The position numbers and the translations under genes are program-made. A stretch of 64,000 nt of DNA from Rebecca billardiae RCC1528 (taxonomy: Eukaryota > Protista > Haptophyta). Shown here piece after piece: positions 1 to 11,496 of the stretch. Each line of letters opens with the position of its first letter. Position 1 is the first letter of the stretch. The notes under the pieces are model-generated. The model was not told where the DNA came from and ran no database searches. It saw nothing but the letters and a program-made list of their open reading frames with translations. The stretch is from assembly GCA_965240325.2 (NCBI GenBank), contig OZ251238.1, positions 992,001-1,056,000 on the forward strand, written 5' to 3'.

Positions 1-890
1 GCGTCCATCGGCCAGTACTGCACCTTCGCCTCGATCGCGCGCAGCACAGCCTCGTCGTCGCCCCCTTTGGTCGGCTTGGCGCGCGGCCGTGCGAACGCAG
101 CGGACGGCGCGTCCGCAGCGCGCGCACGGCCGAGCAGCTGCCGGCGCAACCGCACGTAGTCGCTGAGCCAGGCGGAGGTCTCGGCGCCGGCGAGGCGGAG
201 GCGCTTCGGCAGCCGCTTGCCGAGCGGGCAGTCCCGCCGATGCGGCACCCAGAAGTGCTCGCGCGCCCACTGGCCCAGGTCCGGCTCGGCAGCGCCGCCC
301 CGCGCCGCGCGGAGGCCGCGCGCCGTCGCGCACAGCTGGACGGCTCGCCTGCTCCAGTAGCGCGGGCGCGAGGCGTTGATGTGCTTGCTCCGGTACAAGT
401 TGCCCAGCCGGCGCGACTGCCGCTGCATCGACTCGCACTCCGAGCGCACCATCAGCCGCGCCTCGTCCACGCCCGCCGCCCACGGCAGCCTGAGGCTCGC
501 CGACTCGGCGCGCAGGAAGTTCTGGAAGCTGAGCACGCGCACGTGCGCGCGCAGCGAGCAGTCGGCGCCGCCGAGCGCCCAGTAGTCCTCGATGCGAGAG
601 ACCGAGACGGGCATGCGCATGGCGCCCGACCGGTCGTCCAGCGGCGAGTTCGGGCCCCAGTCCTTCATCCAGACCGCGCCCGCCGGCGGCAGCACCAGCG
701 TTCGGCCGGTCACGCACGCCATCTCTGCGGCGTAGAGCATGCCGTCGTAGACGTTGGTCAGCGCCCCGTGGTCGAGTTCGAAGAGGAGGTACTGCCCGGG
801 CGCCTCAGGCTCGCATGGCGACTCACCAGACGCGAGGACGCTCAGAGCCACAAGGAGCACAAGGGCGCGCGCGCCGTACGCCGCCATCAT
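1..890 (-). CDS. Secreted or Golgi O-fucosyltransferase-like protein; 5' part only, runs off the left edge
   Basis: Manual minus-strand translation from ATG 890 (not in the ORF track): MMAAYGARALVLLVALSVLASGESPCEPEAPGQYLLFELDHGALTNVYDGMLYAAEMACVTGRTLVLPP. This is a signal peptide followed by a G-x-x-N...RTLVLPP motif typical of GDP-fucose O-fucosyltransferases. Confidence 0.55.
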   Translation of the reverse strand, partial: MMAAYGARALVLLVALSVLASGESPCEPEAPGQYLLFELDHGALTNVYDGMLYAAEMACVTGRTLVLPPAGAVWMKDWGPNSPLDDRSGAMRMPVSVSRIEDYWALGGADCSLRAHVRVLSFQNFLRAESASLRLPWAAGVDEARLMVRSECESMQRQSRRLGNLYRSKHINASRPRYWSRRAVQLCATARGLRAARGGAAEPDLGQWAREHFWVPHRRDCPLGKRLPKRLRLAGAETSAWLSDYVRLRRQLLGRARAADAPSAAFARPRAKPTKGGDDEAVLRAIEAKVQYWPMD

Positions 891-1010
891 GGACCTCCGC
901 ACCTTTTCTCGCCGCCGAGTTTTGGTGACTTTGGTCCGCCCGAGCGTCGGACTTTCATCGCGCGACGAAAGATTTTTGCCTGCGGGGAAGCCTCCATCGT
1001 GTCCTCGTCG

Positions 1011-1592
1011 ATGACGATGACGAGCAGGCGACGCGCTAGCCGCGTCGTCGGCGCGCTGATGCTGGCGGCGGCGGGCGCGTGCCGCGCTCAGGCGCCGCCG
1101 GGGAGCGCAGGCGCGGCGTACGCGCGGTCCACGCCGGCCACACCCGCCGCCGGCCCATTCGCGCAGCTGCTCAAAGCGCGCAGGCTGCTCTCGCCGCCGT
1201 GCGTCGGCTGCGTGACGCAGTGCGCGACCGCGACGGCGTCCGAGACGTTCAGCCAGCCGGCCATGCGCGCGGTGGGCATGTTCGCATTCCGCCACCTCTT
1301 CTGGAACGAGGCGAAGGAGTGCGCCGAGTTCGGTGAGGGCCTCGCCCTCGTCTTCCGCAACCTGCGGCTGTGGCACTTGGCGGCGGTGTTTGCAAACTTC
1401 TATTCGCAGTGCGTCGACGCGTGCTACCGGCAGTGCCCGTACTGGGGCGTGCGCGCGAAGCGCGCGGCTCGGCTGCTCGCGGCGGAGGAGCAGTCGCACG
1501 ACTGGGCGTACAAGATCGGCCCGAGCTACGCGTGGGAGGAGCGGTTTGCCGAGCAGAAGCTCGGCGAGGTGCGCTCTCGGGCGCACGCCTGA
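1011..1592 (+). CDS. Hypothetical secreted Cys-rich protein
   Basis: C-terminal part of ORF 240..1592 from ATG 1011: hydrophobic leader VVGALMLAAAGACRA, then paired CxxCxxxC / CxxxCxxxC motifs (CVGCVTQC, CVDACYRQC) and a complex, protein-like composition. Confidence 0.6.
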   Translation: MTMTSRRRASRVVGALMLAAAGACRAQAPPGSAGAAYARSTPATPAAGPFAQLLKARRLLSPPCVGCVTQCATATASETFSQPAMRAVGMFAFRHLFWNEAKECAEFGEGLALVFRNLRLWHLAAVFANFYSQCVDACYRQCPYWGVRAKRAARLLAAEEQSHDWAYKIGPSYAWEERFAEQKLGEVRSRAHA

Positions 1593-2182
1593 TGCACAGA
1601 GCCGGCTGGCTGCCCATCGCCCCACGGAGGGGTCCTGCGCATCCGCACGACGGCCCAGGCAGCATCGAGAACGGGCCCTTTGGGCAGCCGCAGCCGCACG
1701 GCGTGGACCTTGCGCTCGCGGATCTTGATCCACCAATCCCTTACTTACCGCTGCGGCATATCTCCGATCAACTGCATTTACAACTTCAGCAGCAGCAGCC
1801 TTCTGCTCGCCGCCAGCACCGCCTGGCAGGCGCCCGCAGGCGCGGCGCGACGGACCTGCTTTGCGGCGCATGGCCGCCCATCGAGCTGCACCCGGGACGG
1901 GCAGACGGCGACATGCTGGCTGCTGCGCGGGTAGTCCGCTTCCACGCGACTGCGGGGGGTCGTCTCCGACGACGACTCGTCCTCGCGACTCGATGCCAGC
2001 AAATAAAATTGCTGCCGACGACGATCGACGAGATTTTCGCGCGTCCAAATAATTCGCGAAAAGAACACTGAAGCTGAAAAAGTCCGGCCGTTGAGCTGCG
2101 CGGCTCGCCGCGCGTTTGCTCACCGCGTGCGCGGCGCGCCTCGCGAGGGCTTGCCAGCGGGCATCAGCGTCGGCCAGCCGCC

Positions 2183-4715
2183 ATGATCGCTGGTGCGGCG
2201 CGGCGGCGGCGGCGGGAGCGCGGTGGCGGCGTGCCGAGCCGCGGCGCCTGAACCCCCGCGCGCGTGCGCGCCCCCACGCCCCACGCCCGCAGTCAACGTC
2301 AAGTGGGGCAAGCAGAAGTTCGAAAATGTCGAGGTGGACACGTCCGAATCGCCGCTGCTCTTCAAGACGCAGCTCTTCGCGCTCACTGGCGTGCCGGTCG
2401 AGCGGCAGAAGGTGATGGGGCTGAAGGGCGGGCAGCTGAAGGACGACACGGACTGGGCCACCGTCGGACTCAAGCCGGTGCGCGGCCTGGCCTCGCGCCG
2501 CGCGGCCTCCTCGTCCTGCTGCATGCACTGGACGCTCACGGCGTGCCACCCGCGCCCGTGCCGCGCGCGCGCGCGGCGCGCGCGGTGGCGCGAGCCGCGC
2601 AGGGCCAGACGGTGATGCTGATGGGCACGGCGGACAAGCTCCCCGACCCGCCGCCCGAGCCGACCAAGTTCGTCGAGGACATGCCCGAGGTCGTCGACGT
2701 CGCGGCCATGGAGAACCCGGCTGGCCTGCGCAACCTTGGCAACACGTGCTACCTCAACTCGAGCATGCAGGTGATCAAGGCGATCCCCGAGGTGTCGCAC
2801 GCGCTGCAGCGGTACGTGCCGGCGCAGGCGAACGAGCCGGGCGCCTCGCTCGTCCTCGCCACGCGCGAGCTCCTCGCCGAGCTCGACCGCTCGACCGCGG
2901 CGCGCGAGGTACTGCCGCTTCGGTTCGTGTCGACGTTTCGTCAACTCTTCCCGCGCTTCGCGGAGCAGGCGGAGAACGGCGCGTACGCGCAGCAGGACGC
3001 GGAGGTGCGCGGCGTGCCGTGCGCTGCGCGGGGCCCCGGCCGGCACGCGCGCGCGCTGACGGCGCGCGCGCCTCGCGTCGGGCGCGCCTTGCTGCGCGCC
3101 GCTGCGTGCGCGCGCACCGCTCCGTGCGCGCCCGGGTGCTCCGCAGGAGTGCTGGTCGCAGATCGTGGCGAACCTGAGCTCGCGCCTGCGGCTCGCCACC
3201 GGCGGCGAGCCATCCAACCTTGAGACCGCAGCCATGTCAACCGACGGCCTGCTCCAGGTGTGTGTGTGCGCGTGTGTATGCGTGTGTGTTGCATGAATGT
3301 GTGCGTTTGTGCGCGTGTGTGTGGCTGGAGGGCAAAGGCTGCGGGCCGGGCGCAGGGGGGAGGCCCGGTCGGTCCGCGCGCGCTCTGGGAGCGCGGGCTG
3401 GGTGGCTGCCCGCCGTGCGCGCCATGCCGTTCAGTCCGCGTGGGGAGGATGGATGGTGCTGGGCGCACACCCACACGCCCGCGGGACAGAAGCGGCGCGC
3501 GCGCCTTCCCCGTGGCGCCGTGCCGAAGAGAACCCCGCGACAGCTGGCCGCGCGCCCGGCCCTGTTGCGTCGCCTGTGCCCCTGCCGTGCCGTGGGCACG
3601 CGTGGGCGGCATGAGGCGGCGCGCGGCCGCGCGGTGCATCCGTGCGCCGCGCGGCCGGCCGCAGGGCCCACACACACTGCGGCGGGGCGTGCCACCGCCA
3701 CCGCGCGCCAGCCTGCCGCGCAAAGGGAGCGCGGCCGCGTGAGCTGCGGCGGCGGGCACGCGCCGCGCGCTGAGGGGCGTCTTCGTGGCGCCGCCCGCCC
3801 GCGCCGCCCGCGCCGCCGCGGCGTGCGCGCCCGCTCGCGCAGGACAACCTGGGAGACGTTCTCTTCGGCATCCAGATGACGTCGGAGCTCTCGTGCGAGG
3901 ACGCGCCCGACGAGCCGAAGCAGACGAGCACGGAGGCGCTGCGCAGGCTCTCGTGCCATCTCAAGCCGGGCACCGCGCACCTGTACAACGCGATCGAGGG
4001 GTCCCTGGAAGAATCGATCGAGAAGCACTCGCCCACCCTCGGCCGCGAGGCGTCGTACAAGAAGGTCTCGCGCATTGCGCGGCTGCCGCCCTACCTCTCC
4101 GTCCAGTTTGTACGCTTCGCGTGGCGCGCGGACTCGCAGAAGCGGTGCAAAGTTCTCAAAGAGATCTCGTTCCCGGACATGCTCGACCTGCGGAACCTTC
4201 TGGACCCTTCGCTGAAGAAGCGCGTGAACGGGCGATGGAAGGAGCTCGAGGTGGAGGCGGTGGGCTCCGCGCCCGCGGCGGCGCCCGCGGGCGGCAGCGC
4301 GGAGGCGATGGAGGTCGAGCGGGCGCCGGCCGCGGCGGGCGGCGCGTCGTCGTCCGAGCCGCAACTGCCGGCGCTCCCGCTGCCGCCCGCGGTGACTGCG
4401 CGCGACAACCTCACCGGCCGGTACGAGCTGTTCGCGATCGTCACGCACGAGGGCCGCACCGCCGAGGGCGGGCACTACGTCGCATGGGTCAAGCAGGACG
4501 ACGGCGGCTGGCTTGTCTTCGACGACGAGACGGTCGCGCGCGTCTCCGCCGACAAAATCAAGAAGCTGTACGGCGGCGGCGACTACCACATGGCCTACAT
4601 GTGCTTCTATCGGCACTCGACGAAGCTCGAGGATGACATCCGGGAGAGCGCGCGGCGCAGCGCGGGGCTGCCCACGCTCGGCGGCAAGCCGAGCGGCGCG
4701 GCGGACAAGGCATGA
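2183..4715 (+). CDS. USP14: Ubiquitin carboxyl-terminal hydrolase 14/UBP6 (UBL + USP); exons 2183-2192, 2293-2477, 2603-3004, 3147-3257, 3843-4715
   Basis: UBL VNVKWGKQKF...FKTQLFALTGVPVERQKVM; Cys box GLRNLGNTCYLNS; QQDAEECW across a splice junction; His box THEGRTAEGGHYVAW; GGGDYHMAY. GT-AG junctions keep the frame. Confidence 0.95.
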
Positions 4716-5786
4716 GGCGGTTGGCTGCGGGCGCGCGCCGGTCGGCTCTGCCGTGTCCGCCGCGCTGGCGAGCGTTTGCGGCGGCCCGACGGGCGCTGCC
4801 GGACGGAAGCTGAGGAGGCTGCGCGGGGCGCTGCCACCTCGGCAGTTGCGCTCGGGCCTGGGCACTGCCCCCGACGACGCGGCGTCCTGCGGCCCGGCTT
4901 GTGAGCCCTTGTCCGTCGGGCGAGGCCGGTGCCCGACCGGCGGTTAACTGAATGCGCTGCGCCAATTTCATCATGATCGAGTCACAAGGCCCGCCGGGCC
5001 CCGGCGCGGGCTGCAGGCTGCAAGTGAGTGCAAGCTTCTGGCATCGCCGGATGACGGGTTGTGTCATCGCGCGCAAGACGTCGACGATGACGCGCATCTC
5101 AATCTGACGAGCATATATAATTTATAATTTATTTTCATCATTATATATATAGCGCGCTAGAGCGAATAATATGAATAATAATGTACATCTGCTCGTGGCT
5201 AATCGCCACGCGATGATCATGATGATGATACATACTACATATAGCTAGTATAGGATTACTCCGATGATTAGCTACCGCACTGGCCGCTGGCACGGCGCGG
5301 CACCGCCGCGCATGTCGGCAAGTGCCTTCGTCAGGCCGGCCCCTGCGCCCCGAGCTGCGCGGGCGAGCCGGCCTCAACCGGCATGTGTCGCCCCCGCCCC
5401 ATATGATGTGTCGCATCTATACACCACGCAATCACGCGCGATACAGTAGCTTGAAGCGCTTGAGCAGCGCGCGCAGCGCGCGGACTGTGAGTGACTCACT
5501 GACTGTCGCGCCTTGTGAGTTGCACTGGCTAACATTCACAAGCTGCCTGGCCGACAGTCACATGCCAAACCACTACTTGTAGGAGCCAGGACGGCCCGGT
5601 TAACATCGAACTCTATAAACATGGACGCCCATCCGACAGCAAGAGTTGTCAGGATTCAAGCCCACGTGCCTGCCCGCGTGGCCCGCGACCGCCGTCGCAT
5701 GTTGGGCGGTCGCAAGTCGCGACTCACGTTGCCCGTTGGGTGCGCTGCAAGGGCGTTCCCGGGATCCTGCCACACGCTCCTGAAAA

Positions 5787-5813
5787 GCAAAGCCCCCGCT
5801 GCGGGGGCTTTGC
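5787..5813. repeat. Short GC-rich palindrome/hairpin
   Basis: GCAAAGCCCCCGC-T-GCGGGGGCTTTGC: 13-bp perfect inverted arms around one base. Confidence 0.85.
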
Positions 5814-5868
5814 CTTCCGGACTGGCGCTGCGGCAGTGGCGGCCGCCAACCCGGACTGCGGTGCACCA

Positions 5869-6770
5869 GCGCTTGGCGCGCGCGCGGCGCGGCGCGCTGC
5901 GGCCGTCGAGTTGCCATGCGAAGGCGGCGCGTTGCGTGCGTGGCATCGGAACGCTGCCGTGCTCCGCACTGCGCCCCGCAGCTCGCTCCTCGTCGACTTT
6001 GCTGCGCCTACGATCAGCGCGCACGCGAGCGTCGCCTCGGAATGAGCAGCCCGCGCCGGCCTCAGCCGTGAGCACCCGCCTGGCGCGCGATGCGATCAAC
6101 TCGGGGCACGAGCTGCGGCTGGGCGAGGAAGCATGTGCCTGCGCGCAAGCCGCGCCGCCTTGAGACACCGATCGTGAGCAGGGCAAGCACCTTGCACGCA
6201 ACTATTCTTCTTGCCCTTGCGCATTGTCGCGGTGTCCTTGAAAGGACTCCTTATCAGAGCAACTACTCAAGCAAGGCATGACGGCAGCCACGCGCGCATG
6301 CGATGCATAGATGTACACGAGTTGCTGTGCGCACACGCAACCCGAAGACTCCTATTCATCGCTTCAGGGCGCTCACGGTCTGTTGTTTCATCTCCACTGC
6401 ATGCAAGGCTCGTGCAGGCTGATCGGCATTCGTCGACAGCCGTCTGAAGCTGCATCAACGCGCACGATCGGTGTCTCAAGGCGGCGCGGCTTGCGCGCAG
6501 GCACATGTTTCCTCGCTCAGCCGCAGCTCGCGCCCCGAGTTGATCGCATCGCGCGCCAGGCGGGTGCTCACGGCTGAGGCCGGCGCGGGCTGCTCATTCC
6601 GAGGCGACGCTCGCGTGCGCGCTGATCGTAGGCGCAGCAAAGTCGACGAGGAGCGAGCTGCGGGGCGCAGTGCGGAGCACGGCAGCGTTCCGATGCCACG
6701 CACGCAACGCGCCGCCTTCGCATGGCAACTCGACGGCCGCAGCGCGCCGCGCCGCGCGCGCGCCAAGCGC
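5869..6770. repeat. Long inverted repeat (foldback): arms 5869-6176 and 6463-6770, spacer ~286 bp
   Basis: The arms are near-perfect reverse complements. ORFs 5656..6201(-) and 6471..6893(+) give almost identical peptides. Confidence 0.92.
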
Positions 6771-7297
6771 CCATCGACGCCAGCGCGCCTTCGGCGCCAA
6801 GCGCGTTTTCATTTTCCGCGCTTTGTTTTCGCGCGTGAGTTTTTATTGGCGCATGACCCGCGCGGGGAACGCCCCTGGAAGCGTCATCGATGAATAAAAC
6901 ATGAGCCGATATTCGTCGATCTTCCGCTCGGGATGACGTGAAGCTCTGGTGAGCAGTGGCAGGACTTGCTGCAGGCTCGTTAGGATGTCCTGGCCGTTCT
7001 CAGAATGTTCCCGACCGAGGCGAGAGCGAGGCGGGTTTTTTTCGCTCCGAGCACTGCCACGGACAAGGGCCTTGATTAAGAGCTGCGCAATACAGTTTAC
7101 TATGTTTTAACGTGCACACTTGGTTAAGGCGTATTGATGAGAGTAATCCATTTGTAGTATTTGGGCAGCTTGTAGCCGGTACCCGCCTCGGCGTGGCGGC
7201 CATCGAGACCACCCTCGGCCAATTGCGCGCGCAGCCCCACTGCGCGCGAGCTCGAGGCGCGCGAGGAGGAGCGCGCTCGGCCGGGCTGGGCGAGCGC

Positions 7298-9592
7298 ATG
7301 GCAGGAGCCCCGTCGATCTGGCACTACCGCGAGTGCGGCTGCACGGGCCAGCCGCTGCCGCTTCCGACCACCGTCGACTTTGGCGTCTGGGAGGCGCCGC
7401 CCTCGACCGCCGTGCGCGCGGGCGATGTGCACGTCACCAGCGGCAACATGGGCGAAGTGGACGCGGCGGCGCGGGCGGAGCTGGCCTCGCTCAAGGCCCA
7501 CGCGGGCTTCCGCCCGCTGCGCGTCATGTACCTCATCCCGCACCACAACCTGACGGGCGGGATGAAGATGATCATGGAGCACCTGCGCGAGCTGATGGAG
7601 CGCGGGCACCACGTGACGGCGGTGTACCGCGGCACGGCGGGCACGCCCGTGCTCCCGCCGTGGGCCACCTCCGCCCGCGTCAGCGCCGAGCTGCTCATCG
7701 ACGTCACCGAGTCGTACGACACGCTGCTGCGCCGGATGCGCCAATCGGTTGACGTCTGCCTAGTTGGGTATTTTACCCAGCTGGGTGAGCTGATGAATAT
7801 CTGGGCGCCGCTGCTGTACTGGGAGCAGGCGCGCGCGCGAGGCCCGCGCCCCCGCCGTCGACCGCGCCCTCGCCCGCCGCGCAGCAGCGCGACCGCGCCC
7901 GCGTGCGCCGCAAGGGGCGAGGCAGCTTGGCCGCGCGGCCGCCCTGGCCTGGCGCGGCCGGTGCGTTAGGCTGACTGACTGAGCTTGGCCTGTGTGTCCG
8001 GTGTGTCGTGCCCCGCCCCACCGCGCGCAGGGCCACGAGCACATCTTCGCGCAAGGACGCGAGCCCACGACCGCCTCGTTAGTGCGTGCCCACACACGCG
8101 TGCGCACGCCGGCGCTCGGACGCCAGTCCGGCTGTGGGAGGGAGCGCGCGGGCGGAGTGCAGCCGCGCCGCTCACGCGCCGCGCCGTGTGTTCCCGCGCG
8201 CGCGCCGTGCCCGCGTGCGTGCTGTGCGTGCGCGCGCGCCGTGCCCGCGCGCTCGCACAGGACGTGCTCTTCCACGCCACGATGAGCCGCGTGCCGTGCG
8301 CCCTCGCCGGCGTCTCCACCTACGTCCGCGACACGCTCGCGCTGCAGTTCAACCGCCGAGTCCGAATTATCCCGAACGCAATCGATGCAAATCGCTTCAG
8401 GCCGGCCGCGCCGCTGCAGGACCCGCTGCCGGGGAGCGTGCCGACGAGCTCGCTGCTGCACGACGCGCCGCCGCCCGGCGTGTCGCCCGCGCTCTCGCAG
8501 GGCACGCCGGCGCGCGTGCTGCTCGTGGGCAACCCGACGCAGGCGTTCAAAGGTGCGCACAATGACGCGCCGCCGCGTGCCGCGAGCGCTCGCGTGCGCG
8601 CGGCCTGCGCACACGCGCGCGTACAGTTGCGCGTACAGCTGTGCGCACGGTTGCGCGTGTGCGCGGCCAGCGCAGCCTGCTCCTGCGGAGCTTGCTGGCT
8701 TGCTTGCATGCCGTGCGGGAGCGAGCGAGAGTGCTCGCCCGCGGCAGCGCTCACCGCGCCGCGTCGCGCGCGCCCGCGCGCCTCGCCCGCGACCGCAGGT
8801 TGGGACGTCGCGCTGCAGGCGCTCAACAGCGTGCACGCCTCCGCGCCCGGGCTGCGCGTCACGTGGGTCTGCCAGTCGCAGCCGCAGGTGCAGGGCGTGC
8901 ACTTCCCCATCCAGTTCATCGTGAACCCGCCGCAGCACACGATTCCGGGGCTCTATGCGGCCGGACACGAGGTCTTCTTCTTCGCCTCACGCTTCGAGGC
9001 CTGGGGGATGCCTGTTCTTGAGGCGATGGCGTGCGGCGTGCCGCTCGTCACGACGCGCTGCTTCGGCGTCGACGACTTCTGCGTGCACATGCACAACTGC
9101 CTCATGGCGCCCACGCTCGACTGGACGCAGCTCTCGCGCCACGTGCTGCAGCTGCTGGCGAATCGCGCGCTCGCCGCGAGGCTCGCGTACAACGCGCGGC
9201 GCACGGCCGAGCGACTCACGTGGGCGCGCGCGGGCGACCAGCTTGAGGTCGCGCTGTACCGGACGGCCGCGTACTTCCGCACGCAGCCGCACCCGCCGAC
9301 CCCCTCGCCGGCACGCGCCGAGTGGGCGCCGCCGGCGCGGCAGGCGAGCGGCGGCGGCAACGGGGACGCGGGCCGCCCGGACGGCGACCACGACATGAGC
9401 CCAGGTGCCCACGGCGGGACACGCTCGGCGCACCGCGCCGACGAGCACTACCACCACCACCACCGCAGGCGGCACGACGACATCGGCGAGGGCGGGGCGG
9501 AGGAGGGCGGCGGCGCCGTGCTGCGCCACCAGCACCGGCGGCAGCAGCAGGGCGCCGCCTCGCGCGAGCTCGTCAGCGACCAGACAAGATAA
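7298..9592 (+). CDS. Glycosyltransferase family 4 (GT-B); exons ~7298-7828, 8031-8081, 8261-8552, 8799-9592; start uncertain
   Basis: PHHNLTGGMKMIMEH...GHHVT, YWEQ|GHEH, IIPNAIDANRF, KG|WDVAL and the GT4 E-x7-E signature FEAWGMPVLEAMACGVP. The first intron has a GC donor. Confidence 0.88.
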
Positions 9593-10411
9593 TCAGGCGC
9601 GGGCGCGCGCGCCCGGCGGCAGCGGCGTCGTTGTACTTGTAATCAACGATGCGCCGCGCGATGCGAGCATCAGCACGCGCCCCGCATGGCGACGCTGCTG
9701 CGAAGCTCCCTCTTCGCCGCCGGTCAGTTCTCGTCCGCTCTTAGGATCCTCCTCTCTCCAGCTCCTCCCCGTCGTTCTCCGTCCATCGTGGATCGCCTCA
9801 GCGATGACACGAGGTTGCCACTACGCCGTGTGCACCGCATCCGACGAGTGGCATGAATCAGTCGGCAAGCCGCGCAAGCTCTGAAAGCAGCGCGCTGACG
9901 ATGTGATGATGATATGATGACAATAATCGATATATTATTCAGCAGCAGCAGCAGCATGAGGCGTTGACCGCAGCAGCGTGCGTAGTCGTCATCATCGAGA
10001 TCATCGGCTGCTCGCTGATGACGTAGTTATTATTGTGGCGCGCCCGACGCTTCAACCGGACACTGACAGTCCGTGTCCGGTCCGACTCCGAGCGGTCGTC
10101 ATCGCCCCGGTAAGTAATATTGAGCGCGCGCATATATTGAGCGCAGTCGCAGTCGATCTTATTAGCGCGTTCTGCATATCGCGTCGATTGTCGTCGCGTC
10201 CGATCATCGATATCCCGAGGATGTATGTCATCTGATCTTATGACGACGATCTGCGCTGGCTCGGCTCGGCTGTCGCTGACCGCCAGACCGGGCGGCCACG
10301 TGAGCGCCTAGCGCGCCGGCCGGTTACGGCCGCGTCCTCTCCAGGCGCACGCCGCTGCAGCTGCGCGGGCGGGCCACGACCGCACGCCCGACCCCCCGGC
10401 GCCGGCGCCGC

Positions 10412-11246
10412 TCAGTCGAACATGGGCACCTTCTTGCCGCCGTCGCTGAAGAAGAGCGCGGCGCGGTCGACCGAGAACTGCTCCGCGATCAGCTCGGCGA
10501 GCGACTCCTTGAAGTCGCCCTGGATGTCGATGCAGTCGCCCTGCCCGGCCTTGCCTTTGACGACGGAGGAGCCGCACGAGAACTTCTTGCCGAACGCCTT
10601 CGCGGCGTCCGCCAGCTTCACGCCGTGGTGCTCGAGGCCCGAGACGGAGGTCACGAACTTGCGCTTATTGCGCTGCGAGATTGTAATCACGACTGGCTGC
10701 AGCTGCGACTTTGCCGCCTTCTTCTTGTCGCTCGCGGCGGGCGCGTCCTTGTCGTCGTCGGCGGCTGTCGGCTTCTTCGCCGTGCGCGCCTTGAGCGCGG
10801 CCGCGTCGGGCTCGCCCTCGAAGCGCAGCTTCGTCATCAGCGCGGTAATCTCATCTGCCAGGCCGGGACGCCAGGGGCATGCGCGTGGGCGAGCGCGCGC
10901 GCGCGACGGCCGAGCTCGTCGGGCGGGGGCGCGGCGGCGCACCAGTCGCGGTCACGTCGGGGAAGTGTGTCGCCCAGTTCGCCACCACCTGCTCCTTGCA
11001 CTTGTCGAACGTCGGCTGGAACTCGCAGTACTCAAGAGGGAGCGTGCACACTGCCACAGAGAGCCATCGTCGCACGCGGCGCGTGAGCGACCGCAGGGTG
11101 AGCGTTGCCCGCAGCGCCAGGGCTGTGCGCGGCGCGGCGTCTTGGCGCATACCCGTGCAGTAGATGGGCTTCACGCGCCCAGTGCGCGTCCCCTTCTCCG
11201 CCCCGTCATCTCCTTCCTCCCTCTCGTCGTCGTCTGCGTCCGCCAT
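10412..11246 (-). CDS. DENR: Density-regulated protein DENR/TMA22 (SUI1 domain), 2 introns
   Basis: Zinc site IYC..VCTLPLEYCEF...KC and SUI1 domain RNKRKFVTSVSGL...KKFSCGSSV...IDIQGD. Confidence 0.93.
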
Positions 11247-11496
11247 CCTCGCTCCCAGAGTCCCGGACGCAAAAGCACAGCAGTCGCGTGGCGCCGCGCC
11301 GGCAACCCGCCGCCGGCTGGAGCGACCAAGGCGGGCAGTGCACCAGCAAGCCGGTGGCAAGGACGGATCGAGCGGCGCCGCGCGCCTCGCGTGCAACGCG
11401 TGCGCGGCCTCAGCTTGAGGGATGACAGTGCGCGGCCTCAGCGCGGGCACGCACCGTCACGCGCGGGCACGCACCGTCCAGACACGCGGGCGCACG

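Noticed and set aside
1592-2071. Possible small gene between the secreted protein and USP14
   Set aside because: No consistent frame, motif or convincing splice model on either strand.
5787-5813. Hairpin as a bacterial rho-independent terminator
   Set aside because: Eukaryotic locus, no U-tract after the stem and no upstream gene.
5621-6893. Duplicated ORFs 5621..6163 / 6476..6766 as protein genes
   Set aside because: Explained by the inverted repeat; the peptides lack protein-like features.
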